Part shown: positions 46,832 to 56,218 of the stretch, piece after piece
How positions within the stretch are numbered: the first letter of the stretch is position 1
Layout of the letters: each line of letters begins with the position of its first letter
From: an uncultured bacterium
GTDB lineage: Bacteria > Planctomycetota > UBA1135 > UBA2386
DNA: 64,000 nucleotides
Reading direction: 5' to 3'
Assembly (NCBI GenBank): GCA_937906475.1
Contig: CALCZA010000021.1
Span: forward strand, 60,220-124,219
Made by a program: the position numbers and the translations under genes
Notes under the pieces: model-generated
Told to the model about the DNA's origin: nothing
The model's database searches: none
What the model saw: only the letters and a program-made list of their open reading frames with translations

Positions 46832-48361
46832 CTACGAGTGGGTTGCGGCCCACTCGCCGGCGCGGCTTTCGGCCCGCTTGAGGATGCGCTTCATCGGCGG
46901 ATCCTGCAGCATGCGCCGGCGCGCGCGCACATAGGCGCGCAAGAACCTGCGGATCGACACCTCGCCGCCCGGGCTGTCGGCGTTGCGGAACGCGGCCAAC
47001 AATCGGCCCAGGTCGCGACCACAGCCGCGCGTTTCTTCGGCGGCGTGATGGGTGACGCCATCGAGATCTACCATCGCGAGCACACCCGTTTCTGGGTCGC
47101 GCACCAGGTTGTCGAACTTGAGGTCGCGGTTGCGTAGTCCGTGGCCGTGCATGCGGCCGATGCTGTTGCCGAGGGCGCGCGAGGAGCGAGCGATGGCCGC
47201 TTCGTCGAGAGGGCCCGCGGCGAGTTCCGTTGCGAGGTCGTCGTGAGGTAGGCGGCGCACGAACACTTTGCCGCGGCCACCGAGCACACACATGGCCACG
47301 GGGGTGGCGATTGGCACGGCGGCGAATAGCAACCAATAGCTGGCGAGCCAGAGCTTGCGCGCCTTGCCGGCATCGCGCTCTTTGATGGCCATCGTGTCTG
47401 TTAGCCATACTGAGCCGCGGCGGCCGGTGCGCCGTGGTGGCAGACCCTCGCCGGTGAACTCGCGGCAGGCGCCCTTCAGAAATTGGTTTTTGCCGTCGTC
47501 AGCGAGATGCCAGAAGAACCATGGGGTCGCGCGCCGTCGGGATTCGGCATCGGTGTGCTTGCACGAACGCATGGTGCGTCGGCCGAATGACTTCAGTGCT
47601 GTCGCGCGAAGTTGCCGCGTGGCGCGCGCCAGTTCGCCTTCGAACGACTCTGGCATGGCGGGTCCGGCGGCCTCGTAGCCACGGCGGAAATCGCGTGTTT
47701 GCGGGTCGAGTGGGCCACCATCGATTGGGTTGCAGAGGAACGCCAAGCCAGCCGCGCGCTTGCGAACGGATAGCTCGCCAGCATGCCGCAGCGATGTCAG
47801 GTCACACAGTAGTGCTTCGCCCTGGTCGGTCACGAGCACATTGCCGGGGTGCAGGTCGAGTGGCTCGATGCCTGCATCGTGCACACGGCGCACCAGGTTG
47901 CCGACCGCGGTGGCGACTTCCGGTGGCGCTGGGAACTCGAACTCCTCACTGGTGATACTGCGCGTCACCAAGAAGCTCTGGCGCTGATCGCCTTCGATGG
48001 CAATGCCGTGGCCCAGTGGCTCGACGCACGGCAGGCCGAGTTCGCGCGCCTTGTTCAGGTGGTTGGCTTCACGTTCGGCCTTATCGGTGCGCAGCGCCTT
48101 CTTGGCCTTGGCGGCGATTGTGTCGGCTCGAAATACCTTAATGTGCACGGCCACGTTGCCGAGCTGGCCCCGGAAAACCCGCCTCACGGTGCGCAGTTTG
48201 ATCTGCTCGAAGCCGTGATTTGTCCATTCGGCGACATCGTGCTGCAACAGGATTTGCAGCGCGTCGGCGACTTCAGGCGACGCGTTTGCGACGGCTCCGT
48301 TGGAGTTGGTCAAGGAATGCAGCAGAGCTTGGTTGCCCGAGGTGGGGCGATGCGGAACCAT
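46832..48361 (-). CDS. Tandem lipopolysaccharide kinase (Kdo/WaaP/InaA family)
   Basis: Two kinase-like halves: HDAGIEPLDLHPGNVL..LCDL and HGHGLRNRDLKFDNLV..VDLDG. Start is uncertain. Confidence 0.8.
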   Translation of the reverse strand: MVPHRPTSGNQALLHSLTNSNGAVANASPEVADALQILLQHDVAEWTNHGFEQIKLRTVRRVFRGQLGNVAVHIKVFRADTIAAKAKKALRTDKAEREANHLNKARELGLPCVEPLGHGIAIEGDQRQSFLVTRSITSEEFEFPAPPEVATAVGNLVRRVHDAGIEPLDLHPGNVLVTDQGEALLCDLTSLRHAGELSVRKRAAGLAFLCNPIDGGPLDPQTRDFRRGYEAAGPAMPESFEGELARATRQLRATALKSFGRRTMRSCKHTDAESRRRATPWFFWHLADDGKNQFLKGACREFTGEGLPPRRTGRRGSVWLTDTMAIKERDAGKARKLWLASYWLLFAAVPIATPVAMCVLGGRGKVFVRRLPHDDLATELAAGPLDEAAIARSSRALGNSIGRMHGHGLRNRDLKFDNLVRDPETGVLAMVDLDGVTHHAAEETRGCGRDLGRLLAAFRNADSPGGEVSIRRFLRAYVRARRRMLQDPPMKRILKRAESRAGEWAATHS

Positions 48362-48372
48362 GGAGGCAAGCG

Positions 48373-49455
48373 ATGTGGCGGCTACACCGATACTACCTGA
48401 AGGAACTCGCGGTCAACGCTGCGATCACGTTCATCGTGCTGTTTGGGGTCGTGTTGATCTCGCTGGTCTACCGTGGCATTCAGCGATCCCAGGGCGGCGA
48501 GCTGCTTGATGCGGCGAAGATCACGCTGTTCTGGGCGCTTGATGCGGTTCCGCACCTGCTGACGATCTCATTCTTGATTGCGACCGTGGTGACTTACACC
48601 CGGGCTGCCCAGGACCGAGAATTGCTCGCCGTACGCGCCGCCGGCATCTCGCCGCGCGTGCCGATGCAGTCCGCGGTGTTGGTTGGTATCATTTTGTCGC
48701 TCGGGGCGTCGTTCGCGAACCACTACATGATTCCCGCGGTGCACTTCATGAAGTACCGCGTCATCAAGGAAGTGGTGCGCAACGCGTTCATTAACCTCAA
48801 CCTTGGGAGCGACCGGATTACATTGCCGGGTGGGCGCGTGCTGACCTTCCGGGGACGTGACCCGGACACGCAGGACATGCTCGACTGCACGGTCTATTCG
48901 CCGAAGCCGATTGCGAAGGACCTGACGTCACGCATCGTTTTTGTCGACCGCGTGTCGATTCCGCCGTCGAAGGACTGGGACGTCAACAACGATATCCAAG
49001 TTGTGTTGTCGGGCGTGCGCGAGCCGAACCTTCGCATCGATCCGATCGACTTTGGTGAGCTGAGAATCACTGTGCCGCTCGAGCAGGTTGGTTCGGCCGG
49101 CGGTCGCCGCGATAAGGACAACGATGTTGTCAGTGATCAATTGCTGGCCGAGGTCATGCGCGGCGTACATCCTAACCCGGTGCGCGCGACCTACACGTTG
49201 TTCCGCCGTTGCAGCTTCGCGTTGATGCCGGCTCTGCTAGCGCCGATTGGCTTCTGCATTGCCGAGATGGCCAGCCATCGCGGCCGTGTGTTTGCGCTGA
49301 TGCTGGCCTTGGTGCCACTTGCGATGTTCTACCTCGGTGAGGTTCTCGGTGCGCGCTTCCTGATCTCGACTAACAACCCGTGGTGCGGCTGGATGCCCGT
49401 CGTGTTGCTGTCGGTGGTTGGTGTGCCGCTAGTGTGGAGGCAGCTTCGCCGATGA
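48373..49455 (+). CDS. lptF: LPS export permease LptF/LptG family
   Basis: MWRLHRYYLKE start with GGAGG SD, DRELLAVRAAGIS, 6-TM topology. Confidence 0.82.
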   Translation: MWRLHRYYLKELAVNAAITFIVLFGVVLISLVYRGIQRSQGGELLDAAKITLFWALDAVPHLLTISFLIATVVTYTRAAQDRELLAVRAAGISPRVPMQSAVLVGIILSLGASFANHYMIPAVHFMKYRVIKEVVRNAFINLNLGSDRITLPGGRVLTFRGRDPDTQDMLDCTVYSPKPIAKDLTSRIVFVDRVSIPPSKDWDVNNDIQVVLSGVREPNLRIDPIDFGELRITVPLEQVGSAGGRRDKDNDVVSDQLLAEVMRGVHPNPVRATYTLFRRCSFALMPALLAPIGFCIAEMASHRGRVFALMLALVPLAMFYLGEVLGARFLISTNNPWCGWMPVVLLSVVGVPLVWRQLRR

Positions 49456-50534
49456 AGAAGCTCGACCGCTACGTCGGTAAGATTGTGCTGGGCGCATTCA
49501 TCGCTGCTCTGTCGTTCTTTCTGATGATCACCATCTTGGTCGATCTGCTGACGAACCTGCCCAAATACGCGAACACAGCCGAAGAGAAGGGTATTGGTGC
49601 GATCGGCTTGGCGGCGCAGTTGGGGCTTTACTACATGAAGCTAGTGCCGGTGCTGCTAACAACAGTTGCGCCGTTCGCTACGGTGATCGCCGGCATGATG
49701 TCGGTGGCGCGACTGCACAGTGCGAATGAGATCGTGCCGATGCTGTTCGTTGGCCGCAGCATTCACCGCGTCATGCGGCCGATGCTGTGGTGCGGCATGC
49801 TGGCGGCTTTGATGATGGTCGTGAGTTGGCAGTGGGTGGTGCCGCATGTCGGTGCCGAACTTGCCACGCAGTCGACGTTCTTGAAGGAACGCAAAGAAGA
49901 ACTGAAGGGTGTCGTGCACGAGAAGCACGGCGATGCCAGCTATTACTTCTACGCCAGTAGGTTCGATCCGGCCAAGCAGACGATGTTCGGGGTCAGCTTG
50001 TTGGTGCAAGGCGATCTCGCTGCCGACGCGTTCATGATCAAGGCTGATCAGGGCATCTGGGAAGCGAAATACGGTGACTGGAAATTGGTTGGCGGTCGCC
50101 GCGAAGCGAGCACCGGTGGCGAGCCGATCGAATGGCTGGGCCGTCCCGACTTGACGCCGACGGTGATCGTGAAGAGTGCACGCGATAGTTTGGATCCCGC
50201 GATGATGTCGTACACCGAACTGCTGGACCTGATGGAGGAGCGACCCAACCGCAACGATCTGCGCTTGGCGTTCCACCGGCATATCACCTATCCGCTGTCC
50301 AACCTGCTGCTGCTGTTGCTCGCGTTGCCGTTAGCGATTCGCTACGAACGCGGGAGCCGAATCGATCGCATCATGGCTTCGATGGCGCTGTGTGGTGGCT
50401 ATATGCTGCTGGACCTGACTTGTCAGAAACTCGGCCAGCAACAAGGCATGCTGCATCCGATTGTCGCGGCATGGACACCGGCGATTCTATTCGGTTCTCT
50501 TGGTATTGTAATGTTCAGCAGCACTCGATCATGA
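49452..50534 (+). CDS. lptG: LPS export permease LptF/LptG family
   Basis: MKKLDRYV start overlapping the lptF stop (ATGA), ANEIVPMLFVGRS, HPIVAAWTP. Confidence 0.82.
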   Translation: MKKLDRYVGKIVLGAFIAALSFFLMITILVDLLTNLPKYANTAEEKGIGAIGLAAQLGLYYMKLVPVLLTTVAPFATVIAGMMSVARLHSANEIVPMLFVGRSIHRVMRPMLWCGMLAALMMVVSWQWVVPHVGAELATQSTFLKERKEELKGVVHEKHGDASYYFYASRFDPAKQTMFGVSLLVQGDLAADAFMIKADQGIWEAKYGDWKLVGGRREASTGGEPIEWLGRPDLTPTVIVKSARDSLDPAMMSYTELLDLMEERPNRNDLRLAFHRHITYPLSNLLLLLLALPLAIRYERGSRIDRIMASMALCGGYMLLDLTCQKLGQQQGMLHPIVAAWTPAILFGSLGIVMFSSTRS

Positions 50535-50659
50535 CCAGCAGCAACATGAGCAACGCCAACAACGAACAAGTTCGACGACCCGGATGGATCTTCCTGATCC
50601 CGGTCGTCATCATCGTCACGGCGATCACTTGGTTCATCGTCGCAATGGCCGGCCGCTAG
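50531..50659 (+). CDS. 42-aa single-pass membrane protein coupled to lptG
   Basis: ATGA overlap with the lptG stop; RRPGWIFLIPVVIIVTAITWFIVAMAGR. Confidence 0.6.
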   Translation: MTSSNMSNANNEQVRRPGWIFLIPVVIIVTAITWFIVAMAGR

Positions 50660-50743
50660 ACGGCTAGCGGCCGTCGAGATGGAGCAAGAAATCGGCTTCG
50701 CATTCGATGACCTGGATCGTGCGACGGTGGCAAGCGCTAGTGG

Positions 50744-51739
50744 TCAGATCAGGTCTGAGTCGCCGAGCGTGTGATACCACTCCTCTCTGTAGAAGTGGGT
50801 GTCGTGCTTGTCGAACGGGATGACGACCTGGAAGTAGATCGTTCCGTAGACCAAGAAGCCCATCTTCTGGAACTCATTGAAGCGCGGGTCGCGATGCTGG
50901 AACAGCGTCGCCAGGGCGTTGGTTCCGAGGGCGCACGCACGTTCCTCAGCCTTTGCGACCAGCGCTGTGGTCGTGTCGACATCATGCTGCGGCACCATCC
51001 AGTCGACCAAGATGCACATGTTCGGAATGACGAAGTCACGCTGCGCCACGATGGCAATGCCGCGCAACTTGTTGCTCGACTTCTCGCGACACTCGTAGAG
51101 TTCGTAGCTTGAGTCGACCGAATCGGCATAGCGCCAGTTCAGATAGCGTTGGTCACGAATGACCGCGAGTTGCGTCTCCTTCGAGAACTCAGCCCAGAGA
51201 TCGTTGACGTCTTCGTTGAAGCGATCCACTTTGCGGACTTCGAGTTCGTCGCTAGTAGAGCGCTTCGGGAAGCCGCCCGGCGTCATCTCGCGGTACAGGA
51301 AGTCCCAGTCACGAACGATCTCGTACTTAAGATACTTCTGTCCGATGCGCCACGTCGCGATCGGCCAGCCATGGTGGAACGAGTTCTGGTTCTCGCCCTT
51401 GCCACCCCACTCTTCGTAGTGCGCGAGCGCTAGGTTGACGAACAACCCGGGGCGCGGGCCAAAGCGTCGGTGCTTCGGTTGCACCCAAAGATCGACACAC
51501 TGGCCGATGATGCGACGCTGACCTTCGATCGACGCGTGCACTGGTAGCGTGACGTAGGCACCGACCAGCCCCTCTTCCTCATGGTCGGCGACCATGGTGT
51601 GTACTTGGCCCGTTGGGTTGGCACCGAACTTCCACTGCCAGTGGGCGAGCGAACGCTCCGGGAAGATCTGGTTGTGCCCCTTCAGCAGTGACTCTTCGTC
51701 GCCGGGTTGGTAGGGGCGGATGGTGATTGGCGCGCTCAT
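50744..51739 (-). CDS. GNAT family N-acetyltransferase (tandem-GNAT type)
   Basis: IRPYQPGDE, WQWKFGANP, VDLWVQPKHRR, RDQRYLNWRY, C-terminal GDSDLI. Confidence 0.82.
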   Translation of the reverse strand: MSAPITIRPYQPGDEESLLKGHNQIFPERSLAHWQWKFGANPTGQVHTMVADHEEEGLVGAYVTLPVHASIEGQRRIIGQCVDLWVQPKHRRFGPRPGLFVNLALAHYEEWGGKGENQNSFHHGWPIATWRIGQKYLKYEIVRDWDFLYREMTPGGFPKRSTSDELEVRKVDRFNEDVNDLWAEFSKETQLAVIRDQRYLNWRYADSVDSSYELYECREKSSNKLRGIAIVAQRDFVIPNMCILVDWMVPQHDVDTTTALVAKAEERACALGTNALATLFQHRDPRFNEFQKMGFLVYGTIYFQVVIPFDKHDTHFYREEWYHTLGDSDLI

Positions 51740-51772
51740 CTGGAAGCCAAGGTATCGGCAGGAAGGGGGGTC

Positions 51773-54367
51773 TTACTTACTGTTCAGCTGTTGTTGCTGC
51801 GCGCGCAGCCAATCGACTGCTTGTCGAGGAGTCAGTTCGTCGAGGTCGATCTTCATCAATTCCTCGATGACAGGCTCCGGTTGCGGCAAAAACAGCTCGC
51901 GCTGCTTGGGGCCGGGCTTCTGCATGTCTCGCTGCGAAACCAGCGCTTCTCGCACTTCGCCGCCCTCATCGTCGAGCTTGTCGAGCACCGTTTTGGCGCG
52001 GTCAATGACCGCCTTGGGAATGCCGGCGAGGCGCGCGACGTGCAGGCCGTAACTGCGGTCGGTGCCGCCCTGTTCGATGCGGTGCAAGAATACGATTTCG
52101 TCGCCCCATTCGCGCACTGCTACGCGGCAGTTGACGATGCCGCGGTCGGGACCGGCGAGATCCATTAGCTGGTGGTAGTGGGTCGCGAACAGCGCGCGAC
52201 AGTTGATGCGTTCGTGCAGGTCTTCGGCGATCGCCCACGCGAGCGACATGCCGTCGTAGGTGCTGGTGCCGCGGCCAACTTCATCTAGCACGACCAGGCT
52301 CTTGTCGGTCGCGTTGTTCAGGATGTTGGCGGTTTCGGTCATCTCGACCATGAATGTCGACGCGCCGCGGCTGATGTCGTCGGCGCCGCCAACGCGGGTG
52401 AAGACGCGATCGCACAAACCGATGTGTGCGGCCTTCGCCGGCACGAAGCTGCCGATCTGCGCCATGATGACGATCAGCGCATTCTGGCGGATCCACGTCG
52501 ACTTGCCAGCCATGTTGGGGCCGGTAAGTAATACGAGGCGGCGTTGTGGTGGCGATAGATCCGTGTCGTTGGCGATGAACGAACCGGCGGCGTGCGTCGC
52601 TTCGAGCACTGGGTGGCGGCCGTCGTCAATCTTCAGCGTGCACGAGTCGTCGAGCTCGGGTCGCGCATAGTCGCGTTCGATCGCGACCGTCGCCAACGAA
52701 CAGCAGACGTCGATGTCGGCGACCGCGTGGGCCGTCGCTTGCAAGCGGTCGACGGCAGCGGCCACTTGATCGCGAAGCTGCGAGAACAGGTCATACTCGA
52801 GTGCCTTACTGTTCTCCTCGGCCTTGAGGATCTTGGTCTCGAGTTCACGCAGTTCATCAGTGACGTAGCGCTCGGCGTTCTTGGTCGTCTGCTTGCGTAC
52901 GAACTCCGCCGGCAGCTCGACCGAGCTGTTCGCGTGGCTGATTTCGATGTAGTAGCCGAAGACGCGGTTGAACCCGACCTTCAGTCTGGTGATGCCGGTT
53001 TCTTCGACCAGGCGTTGTTGGTAGCGCGCCAGCCATTCGGTGCTGTCCCGCGCGAGGTCGCGTAGTTCGTCGAGCTCCGCGTGGTAGCCGCGCGCAATCA
53101 GGCCGCCGTCCTTGATGGTGGTCGGCGGTTCTTCGACCAGTGCCTTGGCGATTGCGGTCGTCAACTCCGGCACCGGGTCGATGGCGTTGCCCAATTCGCG
53201 CAGCAGGTCGCTCTGGCAGTCGACGAAGCGAGCCTTCAGCGGTGATAGTTGTTCGAGGCTTAGTCGCAAGCCAACCAGGTCGCGTCCGTTGGCGCGGCCA
53301 AACGCGGCGCGCGATGACAGTCGTTCCAGGTCGAGAACTTGCGCAAGGTGCGACTTCATCAGCGCCCGTAGCTCGGAGTCCGCGTGGATCTCGGCGACGA
53401 CATCTTGGCGTTTTTGGATCGGGCCGAGCTGCGCCAGTGGCGACAGGATCCAGTTGCGCAACCGTCGTGCGCCCATCGGTGTGTCGCAGCGATCGAGAAT
53501 CGACAACAGCGGCGTGCCTTCGCCGCCGCGCATCGTCTGTACTAGCTCAAGGCTTTGTCGGGTGGTGCGATCCAGGCCGAGGAAGGCACCGTCGCGCCAC
53601 ACCTCAAGGTGGCGCAGGTTGGGGAGCGCGCCTTGTTGCGTCTCTTGCAGGTAGGCGAGCAGCGCGCCGGCGCACCCGATCGCGAGTGGTGAATCATCGA
53701 TACCGAACCCGGCCAGCGTCGAGACCGAGAAGTGTTCTTGCAGCAGGCGCGTGCCACCGTCGCCGCCGAAGTCGTAGCCGGCGCGATAGGCGATCGGCGT
53801 CTTCGTCTGCGGCAACCACGACTGATCTTTGTCGCGCCGGTCTTCACTCAGCAGCAGTTCGGCTGGTTCGATACGTGCAAGTTCGTCCGCCAGTCGGTTG
53901 TGGGGGACCTCGGTCACCAAGAACGCGCCGGTTGACAGCTCGACCCATGCGATGCCACAGCGTTCCTTGCCGAATGAAACCGCCGCGAGGTGGTTGCTGC
54001 GGCGCCCGTCGAGCAGGTTGTCTTCGGTCAACGTGCCGGGCGTGACGACGCGCACGACGGCGCGGTCGACGATGCCCTTGGCTTCCTTCGGATCCTGTGT
54101 CTGCTCGCAGATCGCTACCCGGTGGCCGATTTGGACGAGGCGACGCAAGTAGCCGTCGAGGGAACGCACCGGCACGCCGGCCATCGGTACGGCGGACTCG
54201 CCCTTGCCGCGCGCGGTCAGCGTGATGCCGAGCGCCTTTGCCGCGACCTTGGCGTCGTCATGGAACAACTCGTAGAAGTCCCCCATGCGGAAGAACACGA
54301 TCGCATCCGGGTGCTGTTCTTTGGCCGCTGCGAACTGGCGCATCGCCGGGGTCTTGGGCTTGCTCAC
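51773..54367 (-). CDS. mutS: DNA mismatch repair protein MutS
   Basis: TPAMRQF, FFRMGDFYELF, TGPNMAGKST, STFMVEM, LDEVGRGTST, FATHYH, SYGLHVA. Confidence 0.97.
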   Translation of the reverse strand: MSKPKTPAMRQFAAAKEQHPDAIVFFRMGDFYELFHDDAKVAAKALGITLTARGKGESAVPMAGVPVRSLDGYLRRLVQIGHRVAICEQTQDPKEAKGIVDRAVVRVVTPGTLTEDNLLDGRRSNHLAAVSFGKERCGIAWVELSTGAFLVTEVPHNRLADELARIEPAELLLSEDRRDKDQSWLPQTKTPIAYRAGYDFGGDGGTRLLQEHFSVSTLAGFGIDDSPLAIGCAGALLAYLQETQQGALPNLRHLEVWRDGAFLGLDRTTRQSLELVQTMRGGEGTPLLSILDRCDTPMGARRLRNWILSPLAQLGPIQKRQDVVAEIHADSELRALMKSHLAQVLDLERLSSRAAFGRANGRDLVGLRLSLEQLSPLKARFVDCQSDLLRELGNAIDPVPELTTAIAKALVEEPPTTIKDGGLIARGYHAELDELRDLARDSTEWLARYQQRLVEETGITRLKVGFNRVFGYYIEISHANSSVELPAEFVRKQTTKNAERYVTDELRELETKILKAEENSKALEYDLFSQLRDQVAAAVDRLQATAHAVADIDVCCSLATVAIERDYARPELDDSCTLKIDDGRHPVLEATHAAGSFIANDTDLSPPQRRLVLLTGPNMAGKSTWIRQNALIVIMAQIGSFVPAKAAHIGLCDRVFTRVGGADDISRGASTFMVEMTETANILNNATDKSLVVLDEVGRGTSTYDGMSLAWAIAEDLHERINCRALFATHYHQLMDLAGPDRGIVNCRVAVREWGDEIVFLHRIEQGGTDRSYGLHVARLAGIPKAVIDRAKTVLDKLDDEGGEVREALVSQRDMQKPGPKQRELFLPQPEPVIEELMKIDLDELTPRQAVDWLRAQQQQLNSK

Positions 54368-55656
54368 CGGCTTTCGTTTCCTGTCGTGGCTTTCGGTTGC
54401 TTTGGGCGTTCGGGGCGTCGTGGCGCCGACTCAAGCAGTCGTAGTGCCTCGTCGGCGATGATGTCGGCGGCGTCTTCGGCGTCTTCGGTGCTGGTCTGGT
54501 CGCTAAATGACAACCGCACGACACCGCGTGCTTCGTGCTTGTCGAGGCCGATCGCCGCGAGCACATGGTTGTCAGGTTTGTTGCTCTTGCCGGTCCTCTT
54601 GACCTTCGTGGGTTGCTTGGCCTTGTGCATCTGGGTCTTGCTTCCCTGGCCCTTGCTGCTGCTGTCATCCGTGCCGTGACAGGCCGAGCCTACCGAGAAA
54701 GCGACGCCTCGTGCATCGCAACGCGCCATCAACGTTTCGCCGGCAACGCCGGGTAGTCGCATCGACAGAATGTGCGGCAGGCGGCGGTCCGGGTTGCCGA
54801 GTCGCACCGCGTTCGGCACCGTGTCTTGCAAGACGGCGAAGACTCGTTTGCACAGGTCGCGCGTGTGCACTTCGGTTTCGGCTTGGTGGGTGAGCGCTTG
54901 CTCCGCCGCGGTCGCTAGGCCAATCGCGCCGGCGACGTTCTCAGTGCCGCCGCGCAGGCCGCCTTCTTGGCCACCAGCTTCTTGCAGGGGCGCGATTTCG
55001 GCAGCACTCGACAAGGCCAGGAAGCCCATGCCGCGCGGGCCGTGGAACTTGTGGCCGGAGACCGCGATCGAGTCGACGTCGAACTCGTTAAAGTCGAATG
55101 GCAACTTGCCGTAGGTCTGCACGAGGTCGATGTGAATGTGAGCCTGTGGCGCTTCGCGACGCGTCAATTCGATCAGCTCACTCAGGTTGCTAAGCGTGCC
55201 GAGTTCGTTGTGGCCGTGCATCAGCGCGACCACGCGCACATCCGAACCGAGTGCGTCGAACAGGGTCTCGGGTGCAATGTCTCCATGTTCGGTTACCGGC
55301 AACTGGGCGACATGGTTTCGAAACCGCGTTAGCAGTGTGCTGCATTGCAGCAACGCCGGGTGGTCGCTCTGACTCATCAGTACGCGACCGGGCGGGCGCT
55401 TGGCGGCAGCGCCAACGATGCCGAGGTAGTCGGCTTCGCTGCCTCCCGATGTAAACACCAGGCTGCCGCCAGCGACCGTGCCGCGCAGAAAGTCACGGGC
55501 ATCTTCGAGCGCGTGCTTGGCCGGTGGGCCATAGGCGTGCGGGCTGCTGGGATTGCCGAACAACTCGTATTCAGCTTCGGCCATGTAATCGATGACGCGA
55601 CGTGTCGGGCGAGTCGTGGCAGCGTTGTCTAGGTAAATGCGACGGGCGCCGTTCAT
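54364..55656 (-). CDS. Cysteine desulfurase (IscS/NifS class V aminotransferase)
   Basis: IYLDNAATT, GNPSSPH, FTSGGSEAD, SGHKFHGP (PLP Lys), RGGTEN, GSACH (catalytic Cys). Confidence 0.9.
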   Translation of the reverse strand: MNGARRIYLDNAATTRPTRRVIDYMAEAEYELFGNPSSPHAYGPPAKHALEDARDFLRGTVAGGSLVFTSGGSEADYLGIVGAAAKRPPGRVLMSQSDHPALLQCSTLLTRFRNHVAQLPVTEHGDIAPETLFDALGSDVRVVALMHGHNELGTLSNLSELIELTRREAPQAHIHIDLVQTYGKLPFDFNEFDVDSIAVSGHKFHGPRGMGFLALSSAAEIAPLQEAGGQEGGLRGGTENVAGAIGLATAAEQALTHQAETEVHTRDLCKRVFAVLQDTVPNAVRLGNPDRRLPHILSMRLPGVAGETLMARCDARGVAFSVGSACHGTDDSSSKGQGSKTQMHKAKQPTKVKRTGKSNKPDNHVLAAIGLDKHEARGVVRLSFSDQTSTEDAEDAADIIADEALRLLESAPRRPERPKQPKATTGNESR

Positions 55657-55777
55657 GCCCGGATCATGGCGAATCTGCGGCCCAACAAAAAGCCGTGGAT
55701 TGCCTGCTTGCTGACCTACCGCAGGGAGCGCGACGGCAGATCGATCTTGCTTTCGGTCGGCGGCACTTCTGAGGCGG

Positions 55778-56002
55778 TCATGAACCCGCGCTCATGCAGA
55801 GTTTTAGAGTGCGTATGGCGTGTTTGGCGGCTTCCAGCCCCTGCATGAGCATCGATTCGATCACCACGTATTGGCGCTTCTTGGTGCTCAGGCGGATCTT
55901 GGTGATCTCCATCTCCTTCTTGCTCGTGGCGTGGTGAACGCTCACTGCCCGGGTCTCGATATCGCCGTGCGCCTGAACGAAGCGCGTGACCAGGTAGGTC
56001 AA
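55778..56002 (-). CDS. Small hypothetical protein or gene remnant
   Basis: 74-aa ORF with coding-like GC3 bias. The frame stays open upstream to a stop at 56111-56113 without an ATG. Confidence 0.35.
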   Translation of the reverse strand: MTYLVTRFVQAHGDIETRAVSVHHATSKKEMEITKIRLSTKKRQYVVIESMLMQGLEAAKHAIRTLKLCMSAGS

Positions 56003-56218
56003 GCCGCTGCGCGACCCGAACGGCGGCCGCGGCTTGGGTCGCTCGGGCTGCGGCGGAGCGCCACTGGGATGATCTGCTCGCGCAGTCAGGGCAGCCTTCG
56101 ATTTTGGCGGCTACCCGGCCAAGCTGGCGAACGAGGTCCGTGAGCGTTGCGACGTGGAATACCATCGGCCAGCGAGCGGCGGCGAGTAGTTGACTGCGAA
56201 CTTACCTGGCGACCAACT

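Noticed and set aside
45750..47408. 552-aa minus-strand ORF
   Set aside because: Shadow ORF: antisense to the ACAD and out of frame within the LPS kinase, with Arg/Pro-rich non-protein-like composition.
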